A stretch of 63,333 bases of DNA, filler included, from Sphacelaria rigidula (Eukaryota), in the NCBI GenBank assembly GCA_964200075.2. It is 10 parts of 10 records of this genome, joined end to end, with 100 filler letters (N's around TTAATTAATTAA, not from the genome) between each part and the next. Parts side by side here need not be neighbours in the genome. Positions count along the whole stretch, not along the records: positions 50,749 to 56,991 come from CAXNAA020021276.1; positions 57,092 to 63,333 come from CAXNAA020021277.1; 8 more parts are not named here. One strand, written 5' to 3'. The notes under the pieces were generated by a model. That model saw nothing but the letters and a program-made list of their open reading frames with translations. It had not been told where the DNA came from and made no database searches. The number at the start of each line of letters is the position of its first letter. The first letter of the stretch is position 1. This document shows positions 51,082 to 63,333 of this stretch, in pieces. A program made the position numbers and the translations under genes.

Positions 51082-54000
51082 CGTAAGACTCGCTTTCATA
51101 ATAGCCGAGGTAGCCCATTTCAGAGTGGATAATGTCCTGCACGTAACGAGATCGAGTAGCGCAACCGAAAAGGTGATACTCGAAACGTGCATTCGAGATA
51201 GTACAGGTACAGCAATCATCACAACAGTCAACTCCCACGTTGTGGCGCGTGTGTTGCGGAGAAAAATTCGGGATTCACCACCAGTAGATACAACTGAAAC
51301 TGTGCAGGGCTCAGTCTGTTTCTTTTTGCTGTGCTTTGGGGGGAAGGGACGGGCGACTCTTGCAGTTTTCGGACGTCTGATGCGGGTTCAACGCCGAGAA
51401 GCAGTGATCAACGCCATCACATGTCTTCGACACTTGGTATCAACCCACGGAAGGGGGTCTAGCTCGCTTTCCCCATCTGCCTTGCTCCCAGCTCTCGAAG
51501 TTGGCTTCTAGACGAAAACTCAGAGAAAAGCGAATACAGTGTCCGCAGGTTTGTTGTGGAAAAAAAATGATTCTCAAGCCTGGAAGCCGAGCGAATCGGG
51601 AAAGTGGGCTGGACAATACTCTCTGGGGGTTAAATAAATTACGACGGGATAAGAAGAGTACGCGAGCAATGCTACGGTAGGGGTGCACTTGTTTCGTGAA
51701 ATTCTGTCTGGTTCAGGGACTCCTAACGATTCTAGAGGCAGAAGAATATGGGTCAGGGCATCCCCGTTTGCAGATTCATTCGGGATATACCCAGCACATT
51801 GGAATAGGATTCGGGAATGGTAATCCTAGCGTACTTTCGCATATTTTCATAAGTCGTGTTTTGGATGAGTGAAAAGACTCCTAACAGTTTTAACTTCAGA
51901 AAATATGTGTGTACCCCTACCGTAGCATCACTCACGCGGATTTCGGGACCAGAGCGGAGGTCTTTTTTTCGGTCGTGAAAGAGGTATCAGCAGCAAACGC
52001 AGTGACGTGTGGTGAATCCAGAACTAGGGCAAGCGCCACGAGGACACCAAAAGTCGGACTTGGATCGGGTGAGCGTTGCTCCTATGGTAATGTTTCTGAA
52101 GTTAACACATACTGCTGCATCTGTTGCTGGTGCCTATTCCACAACGAAGGAGCGTTTTTCGCATTAGTGTCGGAAATCACGGCCAATATTCTAGCTCCAT
52201 CTGGGAACAATACCGTTGTTGGTGCCATCGAGGACCTCGTCTATTATTGCTGCTTTCTCTCGAGGTTCGAAATTTGCCGGGAGACAAATCCGACGTTATC
52301 GGCCATGGTACGAGGGATATCTCAAGCTGAAGGTTTCCGGTATATTCCGAAAACCTCGAGGTTGGTATACGTCAACAAAGGACGGTGTTTCTACGAAGTA
52401 AATAGGCATATTTACAATGGAACATGGGTATCCTTGTTTGTGTAGTTGATGTAATGGGGCGCATGTCCAACTTACGGGGGGTGTTACTTATGAGTGGGCA
52501 TGGTAGGGGGTAATGCTGCATAACGCTGTGGGTGTACAATCACAGATCACCATACTATGCCAAGTCGCGGAGTTTGATGAGGCTGTTGCCACCACCGCGC
52601 GACCACCCGAAATAAAGGCAGGGTTTCGTCAGCGGGAATAAAACCCGATAATGAGTACCAGATTCGAAATATGTCTCACCATGCGACATTCTCCCATGTC
52701 ATTTTCTTCATTTCGGCACTCGTCACCGGTCGGTTCTTCGCTGATGCAGCTGATATATGAGCGTCCTTCACTGTACGATTCCCGTACGTCCCCGGCAGTC
52801 GTGTCCCATGACGTCACCTGTTGCTTTTCGGGGTATGATTACATTCAAGAGATGACAGTTGCGAATATATATACTCGAGATGACAGTTTAGATAGTCAGT
52901 TTTATTGTGCCCGAGAGTTTTGTCGACAAAGTGAAACAAGATAGCCATACGCTATTACTCTTCATAGTGACCCACCTCACGTAAGCCTACCAGCTTGTCA
53001 TCAATATTCGATCGAGTGGGGACTGATTGTGTTTGATTTGAGTAACGGCCGGATGAAGAGCCAAGTTTGAAACATTTTTCTCATTGCACAAGCAAGTCTT
53101 CAACCTGTCTTGCCAGAGCTGGGTTCAGCAGTTGAACCAATTGTTCCCGTCACTTTGACAGTTGAACACTGTGTATTTTGTACACAAGCCAAAACAGGGT
53201 ACGAGAACAGTCACGTGGAAAATTACAGGGGAATTCAGCTATTGGGTGTGTCGAAATGATGCTTCCGAATAGACAGCCTTCTTGGCTTCAGCGTGGGTTG
53301 CTGGCCGCAACCCTCATGTCAACACATACTACGAAGAGGCCCTCCTGATTTTCACTGAGGGTATAACACGTCTTAGCAGGAGTTGAAAGCAACGTCGTCA
53401 TGGCCGGCACACGGTCAGTACTTCAGGATACTCTATTATACATTTTCGACTACAGGGAAGTCCTCTCTTCTTGCTGAATATTGCCGTCTTTCTCAAATAC
53501 GATTAACCACAAACTTGAGAAGTAGATCTACTGAGCGTGCGTACGATTGACGTGCTGATCGAGTTGGAAGCATTCACACATGCACAACACACACGTCAAG
53601 ATATTTGAAACGCCTCGCAACGCTAGAACAGTCACGTGTAAATTGTGAGCTCCAGAGATTACCGCAAATCGTCAGCCAACACTCCCTAAGCGCTTTAGGA
53701 GCACCCGGTGACTGAGCGGCCATGCAATTCGATCGAGTACATTCTTGGTACTCAGGAGCATGTGAACTCACAGTGGTATACATGAATGACAGGCTTCCTC
53801 CATACCCTCTGAGGTTGAAAAAATTGCTATCCGTAGACTCAAGCCGTAGAACGTCAGCGTCGCCCTCCATATCCGCACCCCACACTTTGAGCGTAACTCC
53901 ATCTTGGATATACACCTCACTAGTGAGCAACCAGCGCCCTGTGATCTCCTCGTTGGCACCCTTGAGTTTGTTGTCGGATTCGTCCATGACATAAAGCGGT

Positions 54001-54094
54001 CCCATGGGTTCGCCATCGTCGTTGAGGAATGCGTTGTATATCATGGTGAGGGTAACGCAACCCCCTCGCGTGCCTATGTCTTCGTGCTCCACGT
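51082..54094 (-). CDS. Mannuronan C5-epimerase (alginate epimerase); three internal exons
   Basis: Exons 54094-53772, 52817-52680 and 51136-51082 join in phase: RGGCVTLT...GPLY...TGRWLLTSEVYIQDGVTLKVWG...GDADVLRLEST...NLRGYGGSLSF|VTSWDT...GRSYISCISE...MGECRM|DIIHSEMGYLGYYESESYG. These motifs are typical of brown algal AlgG-like epimerases. Confidence 0.92.
51664..51933. mobile_element. MITE (family C) with GAG...CTC termini and a 4-bp TSD; Sola-like
   Basis: TIR GAGCAATGCTACGGTAGGGGTGCAC / GTGTACCCCTACCGTAGCATCACTC, with ACGC at 51660-51663 and 51934-51937. Confidence 0.85.
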
Positions 54095-54172
54095 CTGCCG
54101 GTTTCATCAACGAAACCATTGCGTACGACAGAGAGGGTAATGCGAAGGACATATGACAACATATATTACGTA

Positions 54173-56057
54173 CATGTATCATTTCGCCTTTTTCACCACT
54201 TTTGCCGAGTGTTCTCTGGCTGCAAGGCATCTTAGCCCGCGCTTTTTTTTGCAGTGTACGATGGAGGGCCAGCAGTACATTACAGTTCAGGTTTGGGTGT
54301 CATCTGATACCTGTGGCGCGTGTTCTTGCCATCGAAAATCATCCACGCTGGCTCTTTTTCGCGGGGTGTCGATCCCGAACTACAAAAGCCTTTTCAAGAT
54401 CGTCGAAAACTTCAAACAAGAGCCACAAAAGCCCGCTCACATGGAGGAGTATTTTTTCACCCTGATTTTCTTTGCGTTCTCGATGATTTGGGAACACGAA
54501 GACAGTGGTTATGCCGCAAATGTCACGAGAACATGAGAGCAAAGCAGCCAGCTGGACATTGCCTTGACTTGGTCAGCAGCAAACAAAAGTGGAATGATCT
54601 GAGATCCCTTCTCATTCAGTTTTGTGAAGCCTCACTTATGCGAACGTAACAATCCACAAGAAAAGCATCGTGAAGGACACTGAGGAATGTGTAGATTGGT
54701 ATTCGAGAAAGGGGTCACAGTCACAGCTGCATCAGGGGAAGTCGCTGATGGCCCGGTGTACATTGATACGGTGGATACCCACGGTGCGTTTAATGACGGC
54801 TAGACAGAGTGGGTACAGTGATAGTTGACAACGCAGGCTGCGATGGATCCCGCCGGCCTCATCATCAATCTTCGCCCAGTTGTGGACTAACGCTCGAAGA
54901 AACCCAGAACATAAGCATCGTTTATGGTCCGCTATATAGGTCTATGTAAGGGTTGGGAGCTGAACATTTCCGCCTAAAGGATTGAGCTCCTGTCGCGCGA
55001 CCAGTGGGTAGTGCTGCGGACCCTTGCCGGCGTACCTGGCACTGGGGGCGACATCCCGGTACAGACAGTCTCAACACTACCGGGACGGCCGTGCACAGAT
55101 CAGCAGCCAGAATGGCCGTTGTAGTGGTGTCCTTCTAGCGTTAAAAAAGAGTACGGCCGCACAGGCTTTGCACGCGAGTATTTCGGTTGCTGCCTCACTT
55201 CCACTTCGGCCATGTGCTGCTGTGGATTACTTGATCATCTCACTATCTCACCGCCTGATATGTATGTAAATGTATGACACCCTAGACAAGAGCTTTCTAC
55301 AGTCAGTATACAATTTGAAAACATGTACTGTGCACAGTATAGAAGTTATTGCCTTCTGCGACATGCACAATACTCGTACAAAAGTGGGAAATGAGCGCGG
55401 TATGACTTCAAGACAGTGTAGAAATCTCCACGTGGTATGAATTGTTACAGCCGGCTTGCGCGCCATAGCGGCTGTGTTACCATCCGCTCAATATACAGGC
55501 AGGAATTATAGCGGCAGAGGCGGCCTATTACTCTGGCGTGCGCCACCTAGGGCAAATGCACACTTGACGGCAACACCGATCGCTGTACTAGATGTGGCAG
55601 AGCGAGGGGTGGTACACCACGTACACACAGACAGCAAGCAATATCATACATATTTACTCTATATAAGTGTGATTTGAAATCCGTGCGCGCGGGGTTGGGC
55701 CGGCATTTAGAGAAGCCAGCACAAGTTCGCCGTGTACTACCGAGACGCGACCTTATTTCAGTAGCAATCACTTGCGATATGTGCTGTGACGGGTCTCGTG
55801 CGTGATGGTGTTTTTTCCACCTCCGCACACCGCCCGTGAAGCGAGCTCTTCATGCTGCAAGCGTCCAACGCTCTTCCTGCTACTCTTGGTCTGAGACATT
55901 CGACACGCGAAAAAATGTGACAGTAGGAGTATCTACTGGAAGGTACATGTTCTCCCACACAATCGCATCCATAATATGAAAAAGGAATAACACTGGTATA
56001 TTTTCGACTTGCGTCACCCCCGGGGGGCCAGCATCAACCTCTCGAAGGGGAACCTTG
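54173..56057 (+). mobile_element. Long family E element upstream of the first visible epimerase exon
   Basis: Homologous to 38646-39525 (inverted) and to both ends of 48710-49220. Continuity across 55098-55996 is inferred. Confidence 0.6.
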
Positions 56058-57371
56058 TGTATGTATATGTATTTATATACATGTAGCTGTTTGCGGCTAA
56101 GGGGTACTTCAATGCGGTGGGGGGGGGAGGTAGTCGAGGAAACATGTGGGGGAGGTGATCGTGAATGCGGATCTGCGGTAGCTTGGCAAGCACACGTGAA
56201 TCATCCGCTGCCAGGCATCGAATTGCGGTGGAATGACACCTGCTCAAGGTATGTCGTACGGCAAAGGGGCACGTCCAAGCGTGACGAAACGCTTGCACTG
56301 AGCATGTTGTCATATACCAATCATACGCAAATCGTCCCGCAGAGGTGGAGTCGCTGACAGAAGCTGACACGATCTTTTCATTCTGTACGGTGCGAAAGAC
56401 AGCCCGCCGTACTTGATTGTTTGGTTTTTCCATTGCTCGGGACGGATCACGTTGTCAACGGTTTAATTGGACTATTTCTCCTGCGATGAGGGCTAGACAT
56501 CTTGGTATCGCGAATTGGCTCGGCACTCCCGCACCGCGCTGGACTTCTCCGGCGTTTTTGCCACTGTTGGAAGTTTAAGAAATAATAGTTCCGAATATAC
56601 ATAGTCGGGATTAGCGGGAAAACCAGTAACGGTTCATCGTCAGAATAAAGATCGTCGGAATAACCGAAGTAGTGCAGTGTGTGAGATATTCATCGTAGAA
56701 TACTGAATAGTTCATGTACTGTATAGCTCGTATACAGAGAGTCAGTATATTGTCAGAATATTGAAGGGTTGAGTACCAAGAGTCTAAGGTATGGACAGTT
56801 TGGATGGACAGTTTTATAGTGTCCAAGAGTTTTATTGACAGAGTGAAATAGCCCCACGCTTTTCACTCTCCAAAGCGACCCACCTCAAGCAAGCCTATCA
56901 GCTTGTTATTGGTTTCTGCGTTAATAAGGAACCAAGTGTTTTATGTGTTTGATTTAAGTAACGCCCAGATCAAGCGGCAATTTTAAGCATCNNNNNNNNN
57001 NNNNNNNNNNNNNNNNNNNNNNNNNNNNNNNNNNNTTAATTAATTAANNNNNNNNNNNNNNNNNNNNNNNNNNNNNNNNNNNNNNNNNNNNTGGGGGGTT
57101 AGGAGGGGGGCGGTGGCGGGGGGGGGGAGGGGGGGGGGGGCGGGGGGGGGGGGGGGGGGGGTTGAAACTGTCAAGGTAGTGCAGGGAAAAAAATGTGCGC
57201 GATATCGAGACTCTCTGATGAGTCATGTACCATTGAACGGTCCGAATGTTGGAAATTTTGCTCTTGTTTGCTGGAAAATATGTATAATTTGGACGATGTG
57301 ACTGTACGACTACCGTAGAAAGCGGAACACAGCTCCCAGGTGCACAGCTGTCGGCCGGGCCAGGCTCTGAC

Positions 57372-60300
57372 CTTATTATCACAAGTATCGGCCCGACTGA
57401 TGGATGTTGGTCTCTTCAGGGATCCCGGGGCATCACCCACCACCCTCGGCATGTTGGGCTCATATGTAGCGAAGGCCTGACAAGCGCAAAACATCATTGG
57501 AGGAAACAATGAGCGAGAAATACAACACTGGGGAGTGGTTTCACGGCACATTTTTAATCTCAGGCTTTTGCCCTGTCGGAGTGAGCCATGCTACGGTAGG
57601 AGGGGGGGTTCGATTTCACGAAAAAATGTGCTCAGAGATGCGTCAAACGATCTAAAACACCCGCGGTGCGCTTATTTTTGGGTAAAAGCGGTGTACAGCA
57701 GTATGGATCAGCGTTAGTTACCGGGAGCAAACGCGTTTGAACAACTGTTGGCTGCTTTCAACGGTATTGGAAGTGGATCATCTTGGGAGAGATCGGCCCA
57801 AAATACCCCCCCCCCCCACCCCCCCCCATCGTGGTACGTCCCTCCCTCCCTCCCCCTATCGTAGCATGACTCGAGTATCTGGATAACAAAACATCTGGGC
57901 CTGAGTGAGCAGCCCCCAACATGAAATCCCTTTGAGTCGAAGCGACAAGCATTCCCACGACCATAAACACGCACGAAACACACCAATGACGACTGTTTTG
58001 TCGTTATCCAGAGTCAATCGTCCTTCTGTGAACAATGCACAACAACGGAAACAACACATACCTAGTTGCATTTAAAGAGACTTCACGAAACATATGCACC
58101 ACAGTATCAATTGTTCATCATCAGGTCCAACGAAAAGTCGACAGCAGAATGCTGCACAATCTCCGCATCCTACATTTGCCTTTTCTCTCTCATGTTGTTG
58201 ATGCTGGCATATGACCTCACCGGGTGGGAGAGGTACTGAACCATGCTGATGGGCTCCTGAGGCTCGCGGAAGACCTTCAAATCGCTCAGTACCGGCGGCA
58301 GCGAGAAACACAGCAATGCCGGGATGCTCTTCGTCTGGGGACAAAATGTCAGCAAAGCGGCGACCGCGAGGGCGGCCGGGTGGGGTGGGGGGGGGGAGGT
58401 TATGCGTCAGCAGCCACATCTCTACGGGTGGATGATCAAGATCCTTCTCTTTTATAGGGTAATTCATAGATCTTCATGTCTTTTAAAATCATTGAGAGAC
58501 AATCTAGAGCTCACAATTGTCAGACAGGCAAAAATAATTACGATGGCATGTCTAAACGTGTGTTTGGGGAGTATGGGCGCAAACGCATGGAGATCTCGGG
58601 ATTATTTGAACGCTTGGGTTGCAGCATATCCAGCGGATGGGTCGACCATCGTCGAGGTCTGGTGGACGACCATTTGAGGATATCTGAAACGTGTTTGGAA
58701 TTATGGTGTCAAGGGTAGATTTCCTGATGATCCCGCTTTTTTGCACACCCTGGAATATGACTATATTTCATTGTCAACAAGTGTACTGCGTACAGTATCG
58801 ACCATGGCGTCTATCGCAATAGACAACAGTTTCCACACTGTACGCAGTCCACTTCCGACAATTTCATATGTCGTCCTGGGTGTGCTGTTTCGCTGGAATG
58901 CGAGTGCGCTTGCGATTCTTCTTTGCCGCCTAAAGTTTTTGGGGTTGGTGTTTTGATCATCTCTCTGAATGATGGAGGTGGGAAGGTGTACTGTACGTAC
59001 TGATCGTCTCGCTTGCTTTTCCCCGTTCGAATGATGACACACGGGTGAAAACGGTCAGAAGGTCCACTTGATCATATTTCTCCTGATGCTGCCGCACGTA
59101 CTGATCGTTGGTATCCTCTCCTGGGGTTTGACGGTTCGACCCTCGCCACAAGCATACACTTACTCGATGTGTTTGAGCAAAATTGCGAACACTATCGTTA
59201 GCAAGCACGCTCGAACAACTGCTGCTGCTGTCGTGGAAAAAATGTCCCCACTTCAACCCCCCCCCCCCCCGCCCCGCTCTATCGTAGGATGGCCCGATCG
59301 CTTGAGTGATGCTACTGTAGGGGTGCACAAATATTTTCTGGAGTTAGAATTGTCAGGAGCCCTTCATTTCGTGCAAAACACGACTCATGAAAATATGTGA
59401 GGGTACGCCAGGACTACTACTCCAATGTGCTGGATATCCGAATGAATCCGCAAACGTGGATGCCCTGACCCATATCCTTGCGCATCTAGAATTGCTAGGA
59501 GCCCCTGAATCAGGCAAAATTTCGCGCAAAACGTGCACCTCTACCGTGGCATTGCTCACTCTGCATATTCCCATGACTATTACATTTAAACAACACACAC
59601 CTGCATGACCGAGAGGAAGTGTCCGATGTCAACGGAGCTGAAGGGACGAGGCATCATCGTGTCCGCCTCGGTAAACTCCTCCCCGACTGCCACCCGCCGG
59701 AAGGCCACAGGCGGCTCGATGGGGTCGATGGTGACAGTGGCATCCACATCTTCGATAGCAAACATGGCCAGCCCTCGACCTCTACCGGGATCTCTCCCCG
59801 CGTCTGTTTTTTTTGTTTTCCAATCGCATGGCAAAAAAAAAAGTGTGAAAAGTGGGGAAAAGTTGGGAAAACAAGAAAAAGAGAAAAAGAGAAAAAGAGA
59901 AAAAGAAACAGCAACACAATAGTAGTATGTATATCATGATCATGCGTGTGACCATTGCTCTGTTCATAACGCATCACTTACTGCGCGACATGTCAGTCAA
60001 TGGATTCCAACAACTAGTGGAGTTCCTACCGCAGTGTCGTCCTCTGCAGTGCGGGGTACCGATGCGTAATGTGTGTATCGGAAACAGCCGATCATCGAAA
60101 TTGAGGATGAACTCTTCATTGGGGATGAGAACCCGGTGGAATTAGCTACCGGTAAGTGAAGAAATGAAACCACATTTGAATATTTGATGTGAATACGAAG
60201 ATTTGAATCCACCGGGTTCTCATCCTCAATGAAAAGCTCAATTCTCAATTGCGATGATTGGCTGTTCGGAGGAGGAATGGGAAGATTAAAGATTTCCCGA

Positions 60301-62255
60301 CGCCACGAATTTGTCCCGAGTAAGGGGAGCGGTAAAAAGATTGCAAACTATATGTGATCCGTGAACTCAACGATACGTGGCCAATGGTCGACGCTCGGAT
60401 CATGCAGTTTTGTAATTTCACTGACTTTTGATTATCGCAATCGTTCATCCTGTGGGCTGGACTGTAGATTAGCGTCGTATTTTTGCTCCTGTGTAACCGT
60501 CTCTACCAGTAGCTTATTGTGGAGAGTGCCGTGTTGCAGTGGTATCGGTAACAATATCGGGGTTTCAGTATTGACGTTCCATGCAATAGCGTGGTCACTA
60601 TTAATAGCACCCCAAGCACCAACACCTGGAACCACGCACACAACGACCCTTTCAAATACTACTTCGATAAGCCCCTGCTGTGCGCGAGTAACTCACATTT
60701 CTCTGGCAACGACCATAGAGTCTTGGCCTGGGTGATGGTGGTTTCAATTTCCTCCGCGTGTTGGTTCTCCACATACCCCTGCAGAAGGAAAAAGAAGGGG
60801 GTGCGAGTTTTCAAACACGATTTCATTTTGTTGGAAGATAAAAAAAAGACTAAGTAAAAAATACTCACCAATTAGTCCTGCGATGTGGCCTTGACGTAAC
60901 CTAAACCTTGCAAGAAGATATTGTGCTGTACAAATCTTCGCGTCGAAGCTAAAAAGGGTGTAAATGTTCATGAAATAACATTCCTGCGATGTGATTGAAG
61001 ATTGTTTCTTCAATAGTCCTGACACGATTTTCCGCAATTTTCTCCGTGTATCCTGAAATACCACACACGTTGCATTACTAATAATCGTCAGTGTAGCTGA
61101 GACTGGCTCTGAGTTCGTACCAATGAAATTTCACCAGGAGTAACCGAACTTTCATATAAGCGAAATCATGAAAATTGCCTTATTCGTGTGGATGCACATC
61201 AAATGGTCGTTTCGGGAAAAAAAAAATGTGTATGGTTGTGAAATGTGTACTGTGCTCTGCAGTGGAGTTCACGTGAGTTGATCGCCCATTAGCATGGGTT
61301 AACATGGTTGAACAAATAATTGGTTCCGGTATGGGCCATCATATTCGGATATTTTGGGGATGGCAATCCCGGGTGCTCTACGGCGCACGCAGGACGCGTG
61401 TTTGCTGCAATCGGTGCCCGCGGTACCGATTCGAGCTCTGTAAACGCACACTTCGCCTGGGGCATCCTCTGTACCTACCGTGCCCAAGGGATCTCGGTAC
61501 ATGTCTTGGGTTGGGCTCAGGGGTTGTGGCTAGGGTCAGAGTTTAGCAGAAAATAAGTGTATCTCGTAGTACCCCATTTCACACGCACACGTACACGCAC
61601 ACACCCACACGAGCAGGACGCGCACACCTCTATGAAGGTGACGATCTGGGTGCGGCTCTTGTAGACTTCACTCGCGTAACTGTGAGAGTAGAGACCTTTA
61701 GAGTCGAGGTGCCGATTCTTCATCACCAACCCCTTCACAGCCCACCACCATGGCTCCTCCACCATGCGGCTGGTGAAGGCGTGGTGCACGAACGCATCGC
61801 CGTTCTCCACGAGTACCTGCGCCGTATGCATTCGGATGTACGGTGCCCAGAGCCTGTTTCGTCTGGTTTGAGGAGAGACGGAGAAAGACAGAGAGAGATA
61901 GGCAGAGTTTGTTTTGCCGCAGCTCGTGACCACACAAGAACAGTGATGACAACAACAACGGCATCACGAACATCATCGACAAATGACGGCGACAACGACG
62001 ACCGCAACTTGGGCAACAACAAGCGTGAGCTTCGATTGTAGTCGTCGCTGGCAGGTTAATCCAGCAACAACGGAGCACCAAGAATATTTTCACCACATCA
62101 GTATTAAAAGCCACGGCAACAACAGCAACGGCAACGGCAACGGCAACACCATAATCTCACTCGGCACTTTTCCCGGAGCCATCCTCCACATCACCCACAG
62201 CCGCTCCCCCTGACCCGCCGATGGCCCTCAACAAGGGATTCACCGTCCGATGATC
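57372..62255 (-). CDS. Hypothetical protein; six internal exons, family not recognised
   Basis: Exons 62255-62161, 61853-61628, 60778-60697, 59803-59601, 58334-58221 and 57476-57372 are all AG/GT-bounded, phase-consistent and stop-free (275 codons). Confidence 0.75.
59304..59557. mobile_element. Copy of MITE family C (inverted orientation)
   Basis: Same TIRs and interior as 51664-51933. Confidence 0.8.
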
Positions 62256-63333
62256 CTGGAAACATGACCGGAGCGCGCCAGCACCACAATCACGGGAGTG
62301 TGAATGACGAGGGAACTTGTCATGAAGCATCAGCCGTAACGGTCACTTGAGCCATCGCTAGCCATAACTCTAGCGACAGATTCCAGAAGGGAAAATCTAC
62401 TGCAGATACATGGGTGCAAACACAGAAAACTTCTGATGCTTTTATCTTCTTCGACGAGACCCCTTCAGGGCGCCCATCTTGACCCCCACAACACCATTTG
62501 CTCAAACACAGTACCATCAGACAGGAACAGTTTCAGGTACTCGAGTATCTGATGTCCGCTGTTGAACGCGTGAACGCGTGAGTGGCACGCAGTATAACCT
62601 TTGGCCATTCGATATCACGGATCGGACCAGCACTTCAGCACCACGCCAACGCGCGTTTATCAAGATCCTCATGATACCCACACCCTCAAGATTTCAACGA
62701 CAGCGAATAGATACTCGTTCACAAGAAGCCCCAGGCATTCGGCGGGAATTAAATTCGCTTTTTTCCACCTAATGGCCAGTGTCAGTTGAAATATTTGAAT
62801 TTAGTCCACCGGGGTGTGGCGGACCCATGATAACCACGGGACGCTTTTGCTGAATTCGTTTCGACAAAGCTTGTTCACGAATCATTTTATGGCTGCGGGA
62901 TGACCACGGGACGCTACATCGCTCCCTACGAAACGGTGCCCATCGTAGTCAGGGACAACGACATACTCAGATACGTCGATAGTGACGAGGCGACGCTTCG
63001 TCGAAATATCGACGCTTTCCATGAATATTGACGATAAAGTCAAGACCATTGTCAAGTTTCAAGACTCTACCAAAACTTGTCACCAGTTTCCGACATGGGT
63101 CGTCGGTATCGAGTCCGCCTCATCTGCTGAACTTTCAATGACTCGTGGGATTCGAGTCATATCCGTCATTTTCCGTAGGTGACTCTCAGGACTCGAGTCA
63201 CGATCAGTCATGGCCCGCCCGATTACTTCATTATAGACTGTCTCAAGTTCCCCCCCCCCCAAAGGCACCGGAAAACACCCCCCCCCCCCCCCACCCCCCC
63301 CCCCCCCCCCCCCAACAAAAAAAAAAAAAACCA

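Noticed and set aside
19033..56991. Functional cluster of purK, MED20, poly(A) polymerase and epimerase
   Set aside because: Each gene is on a different concatenated contig, so the linkage is artificial.
57092..57160. G-rich run resembling a G-quadruplex or telomeric seed (one GGGTTAGG)
   Set aside because: It is low-complexity poly-G at a contig edge with no tandem telomeric repeat, and such runs are common throughout the window.
59030..59125. Candidate extra exon (ERIPTISTCGSIRRNMIKWTF*) of the six-exon gene
   Set aside because: It would introduce a stop, it lies in locally repetitive sequence, and the flanking exons join in phase without it.

Overview
This is eukaryotic DNA, most likely from a brown alga (Phaeophyceae, probably a kelp). 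That call rests on a mannuronan C5-epimerase gene, long introns and recurrent SINE/MITE families. The window is not one locus. It is ten size-sorted contigs (6244, 6244, 6244, 6244, 6243 x5, 6242 bp) joined by 100-bp spacers (44 N + TTAATTAATTAA + 44 N), so adjacency across spacers carries no biological meaning. Partial spliced genes read from the sequence: a telobox Myb (TRF-like) protein; a possible Vps16-like exon; PurK/ADE2 (5 exons); Mediator Med20; the 3' part of a canonical poly(A) polymerase with a very long Gly/RGG tail; a mannuronan C5-epimerase (3 exons); and an unassigned 6-exon gene. Much of the rest is transposon-derived: a decayed Ty1/copia pol, LINE fragments, tRNA-derived SINEs and several nested MITEs with visible TIRs and TSDs (TA, 3, 4 and 8 bp). 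The most unusual structure is a nested palindrome at 38063-38734: 212-bp inverted arms, each holding a 90-nt hairpin. It is attached to an unclassified Cys-rich repeat family seen on three contigs. No CRISPR array or prokaryotic system is supported.
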